Source: Bacteriovorax sp. (lineage in GTDB: Bacteria; Bdellovibrionota; Bacteriovoracia; Bacteriovoracales; Bacteriovoracaceae). From it: 64,000 nucleotides of DNA. This document shows, in pieces, positions 39,673 through 48,968 of this stretch (its first letter is position 1; every line of letters starts with the position of its first letter). The notes beneath the pieces were generated by a model. The model was not told where the DNA came from and made no database searches. It worked only from the letters and a program-made list of their open reading frames with translations. The stretch lies in NCBI GenBank assembly GCA_041662705.1, contig JBAZRY010000003.1:15532-79531 (forward strand), written 5' to 3'. The translations under genes and the position numbers were made by a program.

Positions 39673-40569
39673 ATGAAATCTAAATTTGTTCTTTGCTCTT
39701 TTTTGGTCTTAAGTTTTTTAAACGCTCAGGCAGCGGTCAAAAAAAGTCCAATTAAAATTATTCCAAAAGTTATATATGGTACAGATGACCGAATGGATGT
39801 TTTCGAGAGTTCTGATTCTTTGATGAAGGAGCTTTCTCGTTCAACAGCGGCACAAATATTGAGCAGCAATCTGGTTCAGGATGGCGACACATTCACAATC
39901 AAGGCAAAAACTTTGCAGGAAGATGGAATTTGTTCAAGTGAGAGATTTGCCAATCAATTGGCAGCGGCTAATTGTTCTGGTTTTTTAATTTCAGCTGATA
40001 CTCTGGTTACTGCCGGACACTGTATCAATACGGTTAACGACTGTGAAAACCATTTTTGGGTTTTTGATTTCGCCAACACATCAGAAGAAAAAACAGCTTT
40101 TTCGTTCAATCAAGACCAGGTTTATCACTGTACAAAAATCATTGCTCGTGAAAAAGATTCATCGACAATGAATGATTATGCTGTTCTAAAACTTGACCGC
40201 AAAGTAACAGGCTCAAGAGGGCCCTTAAAATTCAGAACTTCAGGAAAGCCTGCTGATGACGCAGTTTTTACAGTCATCGGTCACCCTACAGGACTTCCAG
40301 CTAAAATTACGAGTGGTGCTGATATGAGAGATAACACTCACCCCGTATATTTCAGAACTAACGCTGATACATATGGCGGGAACTCAGGTTCAGCGGTCGT
40401 CGATTCAAGAACAGGTATAGTCGAAGGGATTCTGGTTCGAGGGGATCAGGATTATATGCAGTCAGAAACAGAGTCATGCCTGGTTTCAGTTCACCGTGAG
40501 CAAAACGGCGGACGCGGTGAAGACGTGACAAGAATTACAAATATTAAAGAATTTACTACACATAATTAA
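39673..40569 (+). CDS. Exported trypsin-like (S1) serine protease
   Basis: Signal peptide, K|VIYG, TAGHC, DYAVL, TYGGNSGS triad motifs. Confidence 0.9.
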   Translation: MKSKFVLCSFLVLSFLNAQAAVKKSPIKIIPKVIYGTDDRMDVFESSDSLMKELSRSTAAQILSSNLVQDGDTFTIKAKTLQEDGICSSERFANQLAAANCSGFLISADTLVTAGHCINTVNDCENHFWVFDFANTSEEKTAFSFNQDQVYHCTKIIAREKDSSTMNDYAVLKLDRKVTGSRGPLKFRTSGKPADDAVFTVIGHPTGLPAKITSGADMRDNTHPVYFRTNADTYGGNSGSAVVDSRTGIVEGILVRGDQDYMQSETESCLVSVHREQNGGRGEDVTRITNIKEFTTHN

Positions 40570-40576
40570 GTACGAC

Positions 40577-40608
40577 GGCCCCTGCATGAAAAATTTCATG
40601 CAGGGGCC
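40577..40608. terminator. Strong inverted repeat between convergent genes (possible terminator)
   Basis: GGCCCCTGCATGAAA-AA-TTTCATGCAGGGGCC; no clear U-tract on either strand. Confidence 0.5.
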
Positions 40609-40636
40609 TGACTGGCCTCTAGGGAAGGAGGTTTTT

Positions 40637-41608
40637 TTAAACGACCCGTCCCTTCAGTTCGCCGCCTTCCAACCCTGCTATGACATTCTCAGCTGCCATT
40701 AGAGACATTTCACTTCTTGCTTCGAAAGTTGCAGACCCAATATGCGGTAAAATAAAAGCATTGCTTAACAAAAAGAGTTCGCTGTCTATAGGTAGCGGTT
40801 CTGGGTCCGTAACATCAAGGCCGGCCGCAAATATCTTCTTATTTTTTAATGCCCGGATGAGTGCCACCTGGTCGATGATTTCTCCACGAGAAGTATTGAC
40901 AAGTACAACACTGCTTTTCATCAGACCTAATTCTCTTTCACTGATAAACTTTCTTGTGTCTGAGGTTAATGGAACATGAATTGAAATAAAATCGCTTCGT
41001 TTTAAAAGCTCTTCCATTGAAACCTTTTCGGCATTGAAAGAATTAGTTTTCAGGGTGCGAGCTGTATAGATGACTCTCATTTTAAAGGCTGCTGACGCCA
41101 TTTCTGCCAGCCTATGGCCTATGCGCCCAAAGCCTATTACTCCCAGTGTCTTATTAGACAATGCATGGCCTAGATGATCCGTGGGAGACCAGCATCTCCA
41201 GAGGCCTTGGGCAGCAGATGTCTGTGATGAGTGGAAATTTCTGGCTGCAGAAATCATTAAACCTAAGGCGACTTCGGCCGTGGCTTCTGTCAGCACGTCA
41301 GGCGTGTTGCCAATAGCAATCTGCAGAGATCGGGCCTTCTCAATATCTATATTGTTGAAACCAACAGCATAATTGGAGATGACCTTTAAGTGCTTATTCT
41401 GCTCAAGGAAATTGGCGTCTATGCGATCGCCCAACATTGTAATCAAGGCATCAAAGTGACGGGCCTTCTCGACTAGTTCACTATATGTCAGCGGACGATC
41501 AATTGAGCTCATTTCAACTTCAAAACCTTTGTCTTTCATGAGATCAATGCCAGCAGACAAGATAGAACGTGTAATAAATACCTTTTTTTTCAATGGACCC
41601 ATCCTCAT
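40637..41608 (-). CDS. D-2-hydroxyacid dehydrogenase (glyoxylate/hydroxypyruvate reductase type)
   Basis: AVGFNNID, NTPDVLT, GFGRIG, VNTSRG, LDV...EP, PHIGSAT. Confidence 0.88.
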   Translation of the reverse strand: MRMGPLKKKVFITRSILSAGIDLMKDKGFEVEMSSIDRPLTYSELVEKARHFDALITMLGDRIDANFLEQNKHLKVISNYAVGFNNIDIEKARSLQIAIGNTPDVLTEATAEVALGLMISAARNFHSSQTSAAQGLWRCWSPTDHLGHALSNKTLGVIGFGRIGHRLAEMASAAFKMRVIYTARTLKTNSFNAEKVSMEELLKRSDFISIHVPLTSDTRKFISERELGLMKSSVVLVNTSRGEIIDQVALIRALKNKKIFAAGLDVTDPEPLPIDSELFLLSNAFILPHIGSATFEARSEMSLMAAENVIAGLEGGELKGRVV

Positions 41609-41720
41609 GTTTCTAACATTAACTTACAATTTTACGTTTTTGGCCCTCAACGCATTTTTTTAATTCAATTTGAATGAAAAAATGCTAGGTTCCGCGAATT
41701 ACTACCAAGCAGGAGTTTGT

Positions 41721-43097
41721 GTGAAAATTTTAATCCCTTTACTTGCCCTTGTACAACTTAGTTCAGCAGATGCATCTATTGTAGGCATCATGGACTCCGG
41801 GACAGATATTTCCCATAAAGACCTCGTTGCAAAAACATGGGTCAACGCTAAAGAAAAAGCTGGGAGTTTAGTAGACCTGGATGGCGACGGTCTTCCGGGT
41901 GATATTAATGGATGGGATTTCACTGAAAATACTGCGAAAGTATTCAATGATAAATACAACAATCTTATTACGGCCGATGTAAAAACATTTTATGCTTACT
42001 ATGCCAAATATGAGCTGGGACTTTTAACTCAAAGTTCACCTGAGCTTGCGTGGTTAAAAACTCATACTAAAGATCAGTCTCTAATGAATAAGGTTAATTT
42101 CGTGGGTGGTTATATTCATGGAACGCATGTTGCTGGTATTTCTGCTGACAAAAATTCAAGCGTAAAACTGCTTTCAATGAAGATTATCCCGACTGTATTT
42201 CAAGAATCTCTTGTGCCGAACGTTCTTAAAATTGAAGAGAAAGACGGAAACGAATCTGCTGCTAAAACAGTAGAAGAATTCACGAAAGAAGTCTTGGACA
42301 GTGCAACTGCTTCGGTTACAGAAATGGTTGGTCTTCACGGCATTCTGGATTTCCATAAAGTAGATGTTGTGAATCAATCTTTCGGGATTGGCTTTAACGA
42401 CGCAGTTAATTTTGTTAATGCGGCTTTCGTTGAGGAAGTTAAGCGCGAACCAACAAAAGAAGAACTTGCGACCATAGTAAAACTATACTTTGACCAGTTA
42501 TTAGTAGACGGTCCCAGAATGTTTAACGCTGCACCAAATACACTTTTTACAATTGCAGCTGGGAATGATTCTTCAAATAACGATCTTTACCCAGATTACC
42601 CGGCTGATATTCAGGCCGACAATAAAATCGTTGTCGCTGCAACTATGGGATACAAGTCACTGGCTGAATTTTCTAACTACGGGGCAACTAAAGTAGATGT
42701 GGCCGCACCAGGTGTAGCAATCAATTCTACAGCACCAACACATGTTTATTTGCCGCTAAGTGGAACAAGTCAGGCAACTCCATACGTTACAAATATTATC
42801 GCTGCTATGAAAGACCTCAACCCAGCTCTTAGCGCTAGAGATCTTAAATCAATAGTACTTGGTACAGTTGATGTAAAGTCATGGCTAAAAGGCAAAGTAA
42901 AGACATCCGGGATTGTAAATAAGGCCCGCGCTCTTAAAGCAGCTGAATTGGCAAAATCACAAACTGTTGACCTGGCCATTTCAAATGCTCGCACAGCTGT
43001 TTCGGATGTTCCGGTTGAGAAATCGTTTGTTAATAAACCTATGGGTCTTGGCTTTAAATTTAAGCCAGTTCGCCCAAGTTTAGTTATCAAAAAATAA
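41721..43097 (+). CDS. Exported subtilisin-like S8 peptidase (copy 1)
   Basis: GTG after AGGAG; IMDSG, HGTHVAG, AAGN, SGTSQATP. Confidence 0.9.
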   Translation: MKILIPLLALVQLSSADASIVGIMDSGTDISHKDLVAKTWVNAKEKAGSLVDLDGDGLPGDINGWDFTENTAKVFNDKYNNLITADVKTFYAYYAKYELGLLTQSSPELAWLKTHTKDQSLMNKVNFVGGYIHGTHVAGISADKNSSVKLLSMKIIPTVFQESLVPNVLKIEEKDGNESAAKTVEEFTKEVLDSATASVTEMVGLHGILDFHKVDVVNQSFGIGFNDAVNFVNAAFVEEVKREPTKEELATIVKLYFDQLLVDGPRMFNAAPNTLFTIAAGNDSSNNDLYPDYPADIQADNKIVVAATMGYKSLAEFSNYGATKVDVAAPGVAINSTAPTHVYLPLSGTSQATPYVTNIIAAMKDLNPALSARDLKSIVLGTVDVKSWLKGKVKTSGIVNKARALKAAELAKSQTVDLAISNARTAVSDVPVEKSFVNKPMGLGFKFKPVRPSLVIKK

Positions 43098-43146
43098 CCA
43101 AAAGCATATTGTTTCTTTCAGCACCCAAGCTGCAAGGAATAAAAAG

Positions 43147-43175
43147 AAAGGCGTCCTTCGGGGCGCCTTTTTTTT
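43147..43175 (+). terminator. Intrinsic terminator
   Basis: AAAGGCGTCC-TTCG-GGGCGCCTTT-TTTTT. Confidence 0.85.
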
Positions 43176-43269
43176 GCTACTCCCAGTAAGACTTAGTCAG
43201 AAAGTTGTCATGGACCTCATCTGGTATGAGCGCAATACTTAGGGATTACCAAAAACGGTCCAGGAGTCA

Positions 43270-44640
43270 GTGATGACAAAATTATCATTATTAAGTTTAT
43301 CTTTGCTACTAACAGTTAATTCTTTAAGCGCTTCAACTATTGCAGTTGTAGATTCAGGGAATGATTTCTTACATAAAGATCTTGTTTCAAGTGCATGGGT
43401 CAATCCAATCGAAATTCCGATGAATGACCGCGATGAAGACAAAAATGGCTATCCAGATGACGTTAACGGTTGGAACTTTGCTGAAAGCAATAACACGCTT
43501 GTGGATTACTCATACGCAAAATCCAATACTGAAGACGCAAGAAAGTTTTTTGATGTCCAGTTAAAGTCATTTTTAGGCACGGTTACTCAGTCTGAAATTG
43601 ACTGGGCAAGAGAAAAATTTAAAGACGAAGCTTTTGTAAAAAACCTTCAGATTTTTGGCAACTGGATTCATGGAACACACGTAACAGGAATTGCTGTGAA
43701 GAATTCTCCAGATACAAAGGTTGTAGGGATTAAATTGATTCCAACCGAAGTAAAACTTCCAGGGCAAAAATCATTTGATGCTATGATTGCAAAGGGTGGA
43801 GCTAAGGAAATGATCCTTAAGGCCGCTCTAAAAGCGCTGGCTCAACAACAAACAAAAATCTACGTTGAAATCGGAAGTTATATCAAAGGAGCAAAAGCTG
43901 ACGTTATGAACGGCTCTTTTGGAACTTCATATGAAGCTATCTCTGGAGTGATTTTTGTTCTTTATAAAACGGTTTTTAGAGCAGAGCCAACATCTGACGA
44001 GTTAAAGTTATATGCGAATTATTTCTTTGAAGTAAATCTTGAAGAAACTAAGAAATTCCTGAGCGAATCACCTGAGACACTTTTTGTTTTTGCTGCAGGT
44101 AATGAAGGTTCAAATAACGACGATGTACCTAGTTCACCTACCAATGTTAAGGCCGATAATAAAATTTCAGTTGCTGCAACTTTGGGAGACCAGGGGCTAG
44201 CTAATTTTTCTTGCTATGGTGTGAACAATGTTGAAGTTGCCGCTCCAGGAGTTGGTATAAATTCAACAATACCGATGAACAATTACCTTGCTATTAGTGG
44301 TACGAGTCAGGCTGCACCATATGTTGCCAATATGGCCGGTAAGATTAAAGATGTGAATCCAAAATTAAATTACAAAGACATTAAAAAAATTATCATGGAA
44401 ACCGTAGATGTTAAGCCATGGTTGATTGGAAAAGTTAAAACATCAGGTCTAGTTAATCGCGAGCGTGCCATTAGAGCAGCTGAACTTTCAAGAAAACTTG
44501 CTCTTGATATTGCAATCGAAAGATCTAAGAAAGATGTACTTGCTAAGACTGAAAACGAGAAAGCAATAGGTCCTCGTTATTTCCAGATTCCAAAAGAATT
44601 TGTTCAGTCTCTACCAAGCCCGATTGTATTTAAGTATTAA
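43270..44640 (+). CDS. Exported subtilisin-like S8 peptidase (copy 2)
   Basis: AGGAG RBS; VVDSG, HGTHVTG, AAGNEG, SGTSQAAP. Confidence 0.9.
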   Translation: MMTKLSLLSLSLLLTVNSLSASTIAVVDSGNDFLHKDLVSSAWVNPIEIPMNDRDEDKNGYPDDVNGWNFAESNNTLVDYSYAKSNTEDARKFFDVQLKSFLGTVTQSEIDWAREKFKDEAFVKNLQIFGNWIHGTHVTGIAVKNSPDTKVVGIKLIPTEVKLPGQKSFDAMIAKGGAKEMILKAALKALAQQQTKIYVEIGSYIKGAKADVMNGSFGTSYEAISGVIFVLYKTVFRAEPTSDELKLYANYFFEVNLEETKKFLSESPETLFVFAAGNEGSNNDDVPSSPTNVKADNKISVAATLGDQGLANFSCYGVNNVEVAAPGVGINSTIPMNNYLAISGTSQAAPYVANMAGKIKDVNPKLNYKDIKKIIMETVDVKPWLIGKVKTSGLVNRERAIRAAELSRKLALDIAIERSKKDVLAKTENEKAIGPRYFQIPKEFVQSLPSPIVFKY

Positions 44641-44653
44641 TTTTTGAATTTTT

Positions 44654-44682
44654 ATAGGCCGGCATTTTGCCGGCCTATTTTT
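44654..44682. terminator. Intrinsic terminator between convergent genes
   Basis: ATAGGCCGGCA-TTT-TGCCGGCCTAT followed by Ts. Confidence 0.8.
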
Positions 44683-44687
44683 GTCTA

Positions 44688-47390
44688 TTATTGATCTATT
44701 ATTTCAATGATTCCAGTTTCACCATTCATTTTGATTTTCATGCCGCTTTTTAATTTTTTTGTAAGACCTTTTATCCCGACTACTGTTGGAAGACCCATTT
44801 CTCTGGCAACAATGGCAGAATGAGATAATAGTCCGCCACGCTCAACCAGTAACCCGCTTACAGAAGGGTATAATGGAATCCAGCCCGGATCGGTGCGGTC
44901 AGTGACAAGGATTTCTCCGTTTAAGACCATATCGTCTTCGGGGCCCATGATTACTTTTACCACTCCGGTAATATCGCCCGGGGAGCAAGGTATTCCTCTC
45001 ATCTGGTTTTCTTTTAGAGTAGATTCATCAAATACGACAACTTCTTCTTTTTCTGTATGTTGATTGTGCCAATAAACCGGGCCTCTGGTGGTAAATCTGG
45101 AGGCCGGTTCAATGTTTTTGTAACTTTCGTATTCTTTTCTCCTGACTTCTATGACGGCGCGAAGATTTTGAATTGTGTTAGTTCCTTCAAAAGCTCCCTT
45201 CAATTCCTGAAATGATAAATAAAACACATCTTCTTTTTTATCAATGATATTTGATTTGGTGAAATCTTCACCAATGGCATAGAACATGGATCTTACGACT
45301 CCGTAAATTCTTGTGCGGCAAAAGCGTGTATTCTCCCTGTTCATCACGGCTTTACGGGCGTGATTGAGTGACCATTTATAAATAATTTTTTTTATTCCGC
45401 TGATATTTTTTTCAAGAAGAGCTTCAGCATTTTGACGAATATCTTTTTCTCGTTTTTCATATTCATGCAGATCCGTTTGTCCGCAATTGATGAGGTTCTT
45501 TAAAAATACAAAAAACAATCCCGGCTCCTGATGAAGATCCTTTTGTTCAAGCTTCATTTCACTCATGCATCTGAACCCGTAGCGATCAATATAATCCAGA
45601 ACCATTTTGTAGAATTCGCTTTGATTGTTTTGATTGAGGGCCTCCAGGCAGTGCTCGTTTGGAGTAGTAAGAATGAGAGCTTTTAAAGTTTCATTCTTTG
45701 AAACAATCCCGGAGAGTTCAATGAGTCTTTTCGTCGGCTCAGCCGATTCAAGATTCCCGTTACCTGCGAGTAGATCATTATAAAATGAATCGCCCAGGTG
45801 AGAGAGCCATTTGTTGGTGAGCTTTTTGAAAGTCCCGTAATGAACCATACATAGAGTGTCGTTAATAATGGGAGCGTGCCATTTTCTTAGAATTTCCGCT
45901 TCCAGTTTTTGGAAATGTTCGTAGACCTTATCTGCACTAAGTCTGGAATAATCAATTTTTCTGAACTTATTGTAAACGATATGAAATTCTTTTTGAAAAT
46001 CATCGACGACATTTTGGATGTTCCAATGGAAATACAAAAACTTCATTCCTGTAATACAATGGCGGACAAAGGCCCCTGGCCCATTTTGGAAATCCGATGG
46101 CTTCACCCGCTCAGCAACTTCGTCCTGTATGGCTTCATTGGTGCCCATCATGGTTTCCATAAAAGCACGATTATTTTTGTAGCCGGGAAGAATGGATATT
46201 AATTTATACCAGTTCAATAAATTATAGTAAACGCGGCCGTAAAAAAGCCCCAGCATATTGTTTAAATATTGATCCATTTCTTTAATACTTTTTTGCGGAA
46301 CTAGTAAAACTTCGCAAAATTGAATATAAACCTGATGATAAACATAATGTGCAAAACCAAATGTCAGCGGCATTGTTAATCCGCCATAACTTTCAACAAT
46401 ATTGGAATTGTCCCAGATATAAAGAATTCCCCGGTTGTTTTCAGTTTCAGTTGTGACGGGACGTGATTGAAGTATAAAAAGTTCATTATTTTTTATGGCC
46501 CATTCAACATCCTGTGGTCTTCCATAGAAGAGTTCTATATTTTTGGCTATTGAATATAGCTTTTTTAGATGTTCTGCGTTTAATGATTCTGCTAATGCCT
46601 CCGTTGTATCAACTTTTACTTCAAGACATTCCTGTTTTTTTATATCGCGAATTAACTTTTTTGATTTTTCGACAATGCTCTTTTCAATGATCGCCCCATC
46701 TGCTTTGGTTAAAACAAACGTATCTGCATCCAGTAAGCCTGAGACCAGCCCTTCGCCAACACCATACACAGAATTAATAAAAATCTGGCCATTGTTTCCG
46801 TTTACTGGATTACACGTAAAAAAAACACCGCTGACATCGGGATCGACCATTTCCTGAAGGATGACGGATACTCGAATATTTTTAAGCTCAAGTTTATTGA
46901 TAGTGCGGTAATGAAGAGAGCGCTCCGAGTAGGCGCTTGCCCAGCATTCCTTGATGGATTTAAGGGTATGAGCGAAATCCGAAATATACAGGTAGCTGCT
47001 TAGTTGACCAGCAAAAGAATGCAGGGCCGAGTCTTCATCATGAGCGGAGGACCGTACTGAGATGAGAGGTCTGTTTAATTCTTTATAAATATCTTCAATC
47101 TGCGATAGTAATGTTGGTTTGAAAGGTGTCTCAACAATTTTCGCCCGGATTTTTTCCGAAACTTCCAGAAGAGAGAGGTGCTGATCTAAAAAAATATGCT
47201 CAATATAATCATTGATTTTTGTTGTTTCTTTAAATAGTTCAAAAAAATGCGGGGGGAGCGTAACGAAGGGGGGAACGTTTACTCCATTTGTGCTGAGAAG
47301 AAATAGATTAAATCCTTTCCCGCCGCTTTCTTTTTTAGCAAAATGATAAGTACTCTTATTGGTTACAGTCAAAAGACGATTTTCTTTCAT
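44688..47390 (-). CDS. RPH/PigC-type PEP-utilizer dikinase (ATP-grasp, substrate-binding domain, swivelling His domain)
   Basis: GGKG, VRSSA..ED....SFAG, QEMV, GEGLVSG, DVEWA, LQSRPVT; C-terminal TDPGW..L...GGLLSHSAIVARE; no PEP-binding TIM barrel. Confidence 0.85.
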   Translation of the reverse strand: MKENRLLTVTNKSTYHFAKKESGGKGFNLFLLSTNGVNVPPFVTLPPHFFELFKETTKINDYIEHIFLDQHLSLLEVSEKIRAKIVETPFKPTLLSQIEDIYKELNRPLISVRSSAHDEDSALHSFAGQLSSYLYISDFAHTLKSIKECWASAYSERSLHYRTINKLELKNIRVSVILQEMVDPDVSGVFFTCNPVNGNNGQIFINSVYGVGEGLVSGLLDADTFVLTKADGAIIEKSIVEKSKKLIRDIKKQECLEVKVDTTEALAESLNAEHLKKLYSIAKNIELFYGRPQDVEWAIKNNELFILQSRPVTTETENNRGILYIWDNSNIVESYGGLTMPLTFGFAHYVYHQVYIQFCEVLLVPQKSIKEMDQYLNNMLGLFYGRVYYNLLNWYKLISILPGYKNNRAFMETMMGTNEAIQDEVAERVKPSDFQNGPGAFVRHCITGMKFLYFHWNIQNVVDDFQKEFHIVYNKFRKIDYSRLSADKVYEHFQKLEAEILRKWHAPIINDTLCMVHYGTFKKLTNKWLSHLGDSFYNDLLAGNGNLESAEPTKRLIELSGIVSKNETLKALILTTPNEHCLEALNQNNQSEFYKMVLDYIDRYGFRCMSEMKLEQKDLHQEPGLFFVFLKNLINCGQTDLHEYEKREKDIRQNAEALLEKNISGIKKIIYKWSLNHARKAVMNRENTRFCRTRIYGVVRSMFYAIGEDFTKSNIIDKKEDVFYLSFQELKGAFEGTNTIQNLRAVIEVRRKEYESYKNIEPASRFTTRGPVYWHNQHTEKEEVVVFDESTLKENQMRGIPCSPGDITGVVKVIMGPEDDMVLNGEILVTDRTDPGWIPLYPSVSGLLVERGGLLSHSAIVAREMGLPTVVGIKGLTKKLKSGMKIKMNGETGIIEIIDQ

Positions 47391-47424
47391 TCAGGGATTT
47401 CCTTTAAAATAAACTGTTACGGTA

Positions 47425-47451
47425 GTATCGGTAAAAAATTCAATAACTTTG
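47425..47451 (-). promoter_or_regulatory. Putative sigma28 (FliA) promoter for the dikinase
   Basis: Minus strand CAAAGTTA-N11-ACCGATAC (6/8 + 6/8 to TAAAGTTT-N11-GCCGATAA), 34 nt upstream of the ATG. Confidence 0.5.
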
Positions 47452-47486
47452 ATGATTTACTCACTTTATTTCATGGTTGATGTTTT

Positions 47487-47515
47487 TTGTCGGAAACATG
47501 CCCGGCAATTATAAA
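47487..47515 (+). promoter_or_regulatory. Putative sigma70 promoter for the 47555-56087 operon
   Basis: TTGTCG-N17-TATAAA, 39 nt upstream of the ATG. Confidence 0.45.
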
Positions 47516-47554
47516 ATTTTAACAAAAGTTTTTGATTTTCATTAAACTAAGGAT

Positions 47555-48964
47555 ATGAATTGTATAGATTTGTTTGCGCAGAAGTCTCTTGAAATGCAAG
47601 ATCAGCTTGCTTTTGTCTCGCCGTTTGGCGCTGACCATTCGTTTTCAGACTTAAGGGAAAGGGTTGTGAGGGTGCAAAGCTCCTTGCGCAGCCTGGGCTT
47701 TAAGAAAAACGATGCTGTCTTAATGGCGATTGATGTTTCAATAGATCTTTATTCGACAGTCATTGCGGTGCTTGGTCTAGGTGGAACAATTGTGCTTGTC
47801 GAACCATGGATGCCTGTTAAAAAAATTTCAGAAGTAATCAATCTGGTTTTGCCAAAAATTTTTGTCAGTTCGATGATCGGCAATTTATGGGGACTAAGAG
47901 TCTCTGAAATCAGACAAATTCCTTTTTGGGTGACTCCAGCAAAGCTTTTAAGTGGAAAAAATGCTGAATTAATTTGTGAACCTGTGAACGAAAAATCACC
48001 GGGAGTGATAACTTTTACGACAGGAACTAGCGGAACTCCAAAAGGGGTCGTCCGAGAACACGGGTATATGTTAAGGCAATTTGATGTTTTGAAAAACTCT
48101 CTTCATTTTGATGCCTATCAGGGAAGTGATCTTTGCATTTTTGCCAACTGGACTCTTTTGAATCTTGCGCAGGGAAAGCCCACCGTTTTTTTTCCTTCTA
48201 AATGGTCCAAAAGGAATTTCGATTGGCTTCAAACTGCCTCAATAAAATATAATATTCAGACTCTTTCATCAGGTCCTGCTTTTGCGAAAATGCTTAACTC
48301 GCACGTTAAATTAGAGACGCTGAAGGATATTCATATTGGCGGTGCTCTGACACCATGTTCTCTTTTTGATGAACTTTTTAGAAATTACCCTGAATCTCAA
48401 ATTCAGCAAGTCTATGGATCAAGTGAAGTTGAACCCGTTTGCCTGGTGGATGCCCGATTGTCCGTAAAAAAGTCGCGCGAAAAAAATTATTACCATTCTT
48501 TATATCTTGGAAAGCCGATTGATAAGATTCAATTTGAAAATAAAGAGGATGGCATGTGGGTAACCGGCCCACATGTCTGTTCATTTTATTTGAATAATCA
48601 AAAGGAAAATGAATTAAACAAGCGGCTCGATAATGAAAAGCGAATCTGGCATTTTATGGGAGATAGAATTACCATCGATGAGCAAGAAGACTGGTGGTAT
48701 AGCGGGCGCTCTCAGTTAAGTGCTGAAGATTTTTTTCTGGAGCAGAATTTATACGTATTTCTAGGCCATGATAATGCTTTCTTTTATCGCGATTCAACCA
48801 ACAAAATGCTATTGATTGGCGAAAAACTGAAATCACGCCAGGCGATTTTAAAGCAGAAGTTCCCTGTCATTGACAGAATCATCGAAGCAAAAATTATTAA
48901 AGATATCAGGCACCGGGCCAGAATCGACCGCAAGGCTGTTCTGGCAAAGTTAAAATTAGGATAA
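47555..48964 (+). CDS. AMP-binding (ANL) ligase, OleC-like
   Basis: TFTTGTSGTPKG, YGSSEVEP, WHFMGD, DIRHRARIDR. Confidence 0.8.
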   Translation: MNCIDLFAQKSLEMQDQLAFVSPFGADHSFSDLRERVVRVQSSLRSLGFKKNDAVLMAIDVSIDLYSTVIAVLGLGGTIVLVEPWMPVKKISEVINLVLPKIFVSSMIGNLWGLRVSEIRQIPFWVTPAKLLSGKNAELICEPVNEKSPGVITFTTGTSGTPKGVVREHGYMLRQFDVLKNSLHFDAYQGSDLCIFANWTLLNLAQGKPTVFFPSKWSKRNFDWLQTASIKYNIQTLSSGPAFAKMLNSHVKLETLKDIHIGGALTPCSLFDELFRNYPESQIQQVYGSSEVEPVCLVDARLSVKKSREKNYYHSLYLGKPIDKIQFENKEDGMWVTGPHVCSFYLNNQKENELNKRLDNEKRIWHFMGDRITIDEQEDWWYSGRSQLSAEDFFLEQNLYVFLGHDNAFFYRDSTNKMLLIGEKLKSRQAILKQKFPVIDRIIEAKIIKDIRHRARIDRKAVLAKLKLG

Positions 48965-48968
48965 AACT

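Noticed and set aside
44688-47390. PEP synthase (ppsA) or a rifampicin-resistance gene
   Set aside because: It lacks the C-terminal PEP-binding barrel of PpsA; the fold is shared by many non-resistance enzymes and the context is lipid metabolism
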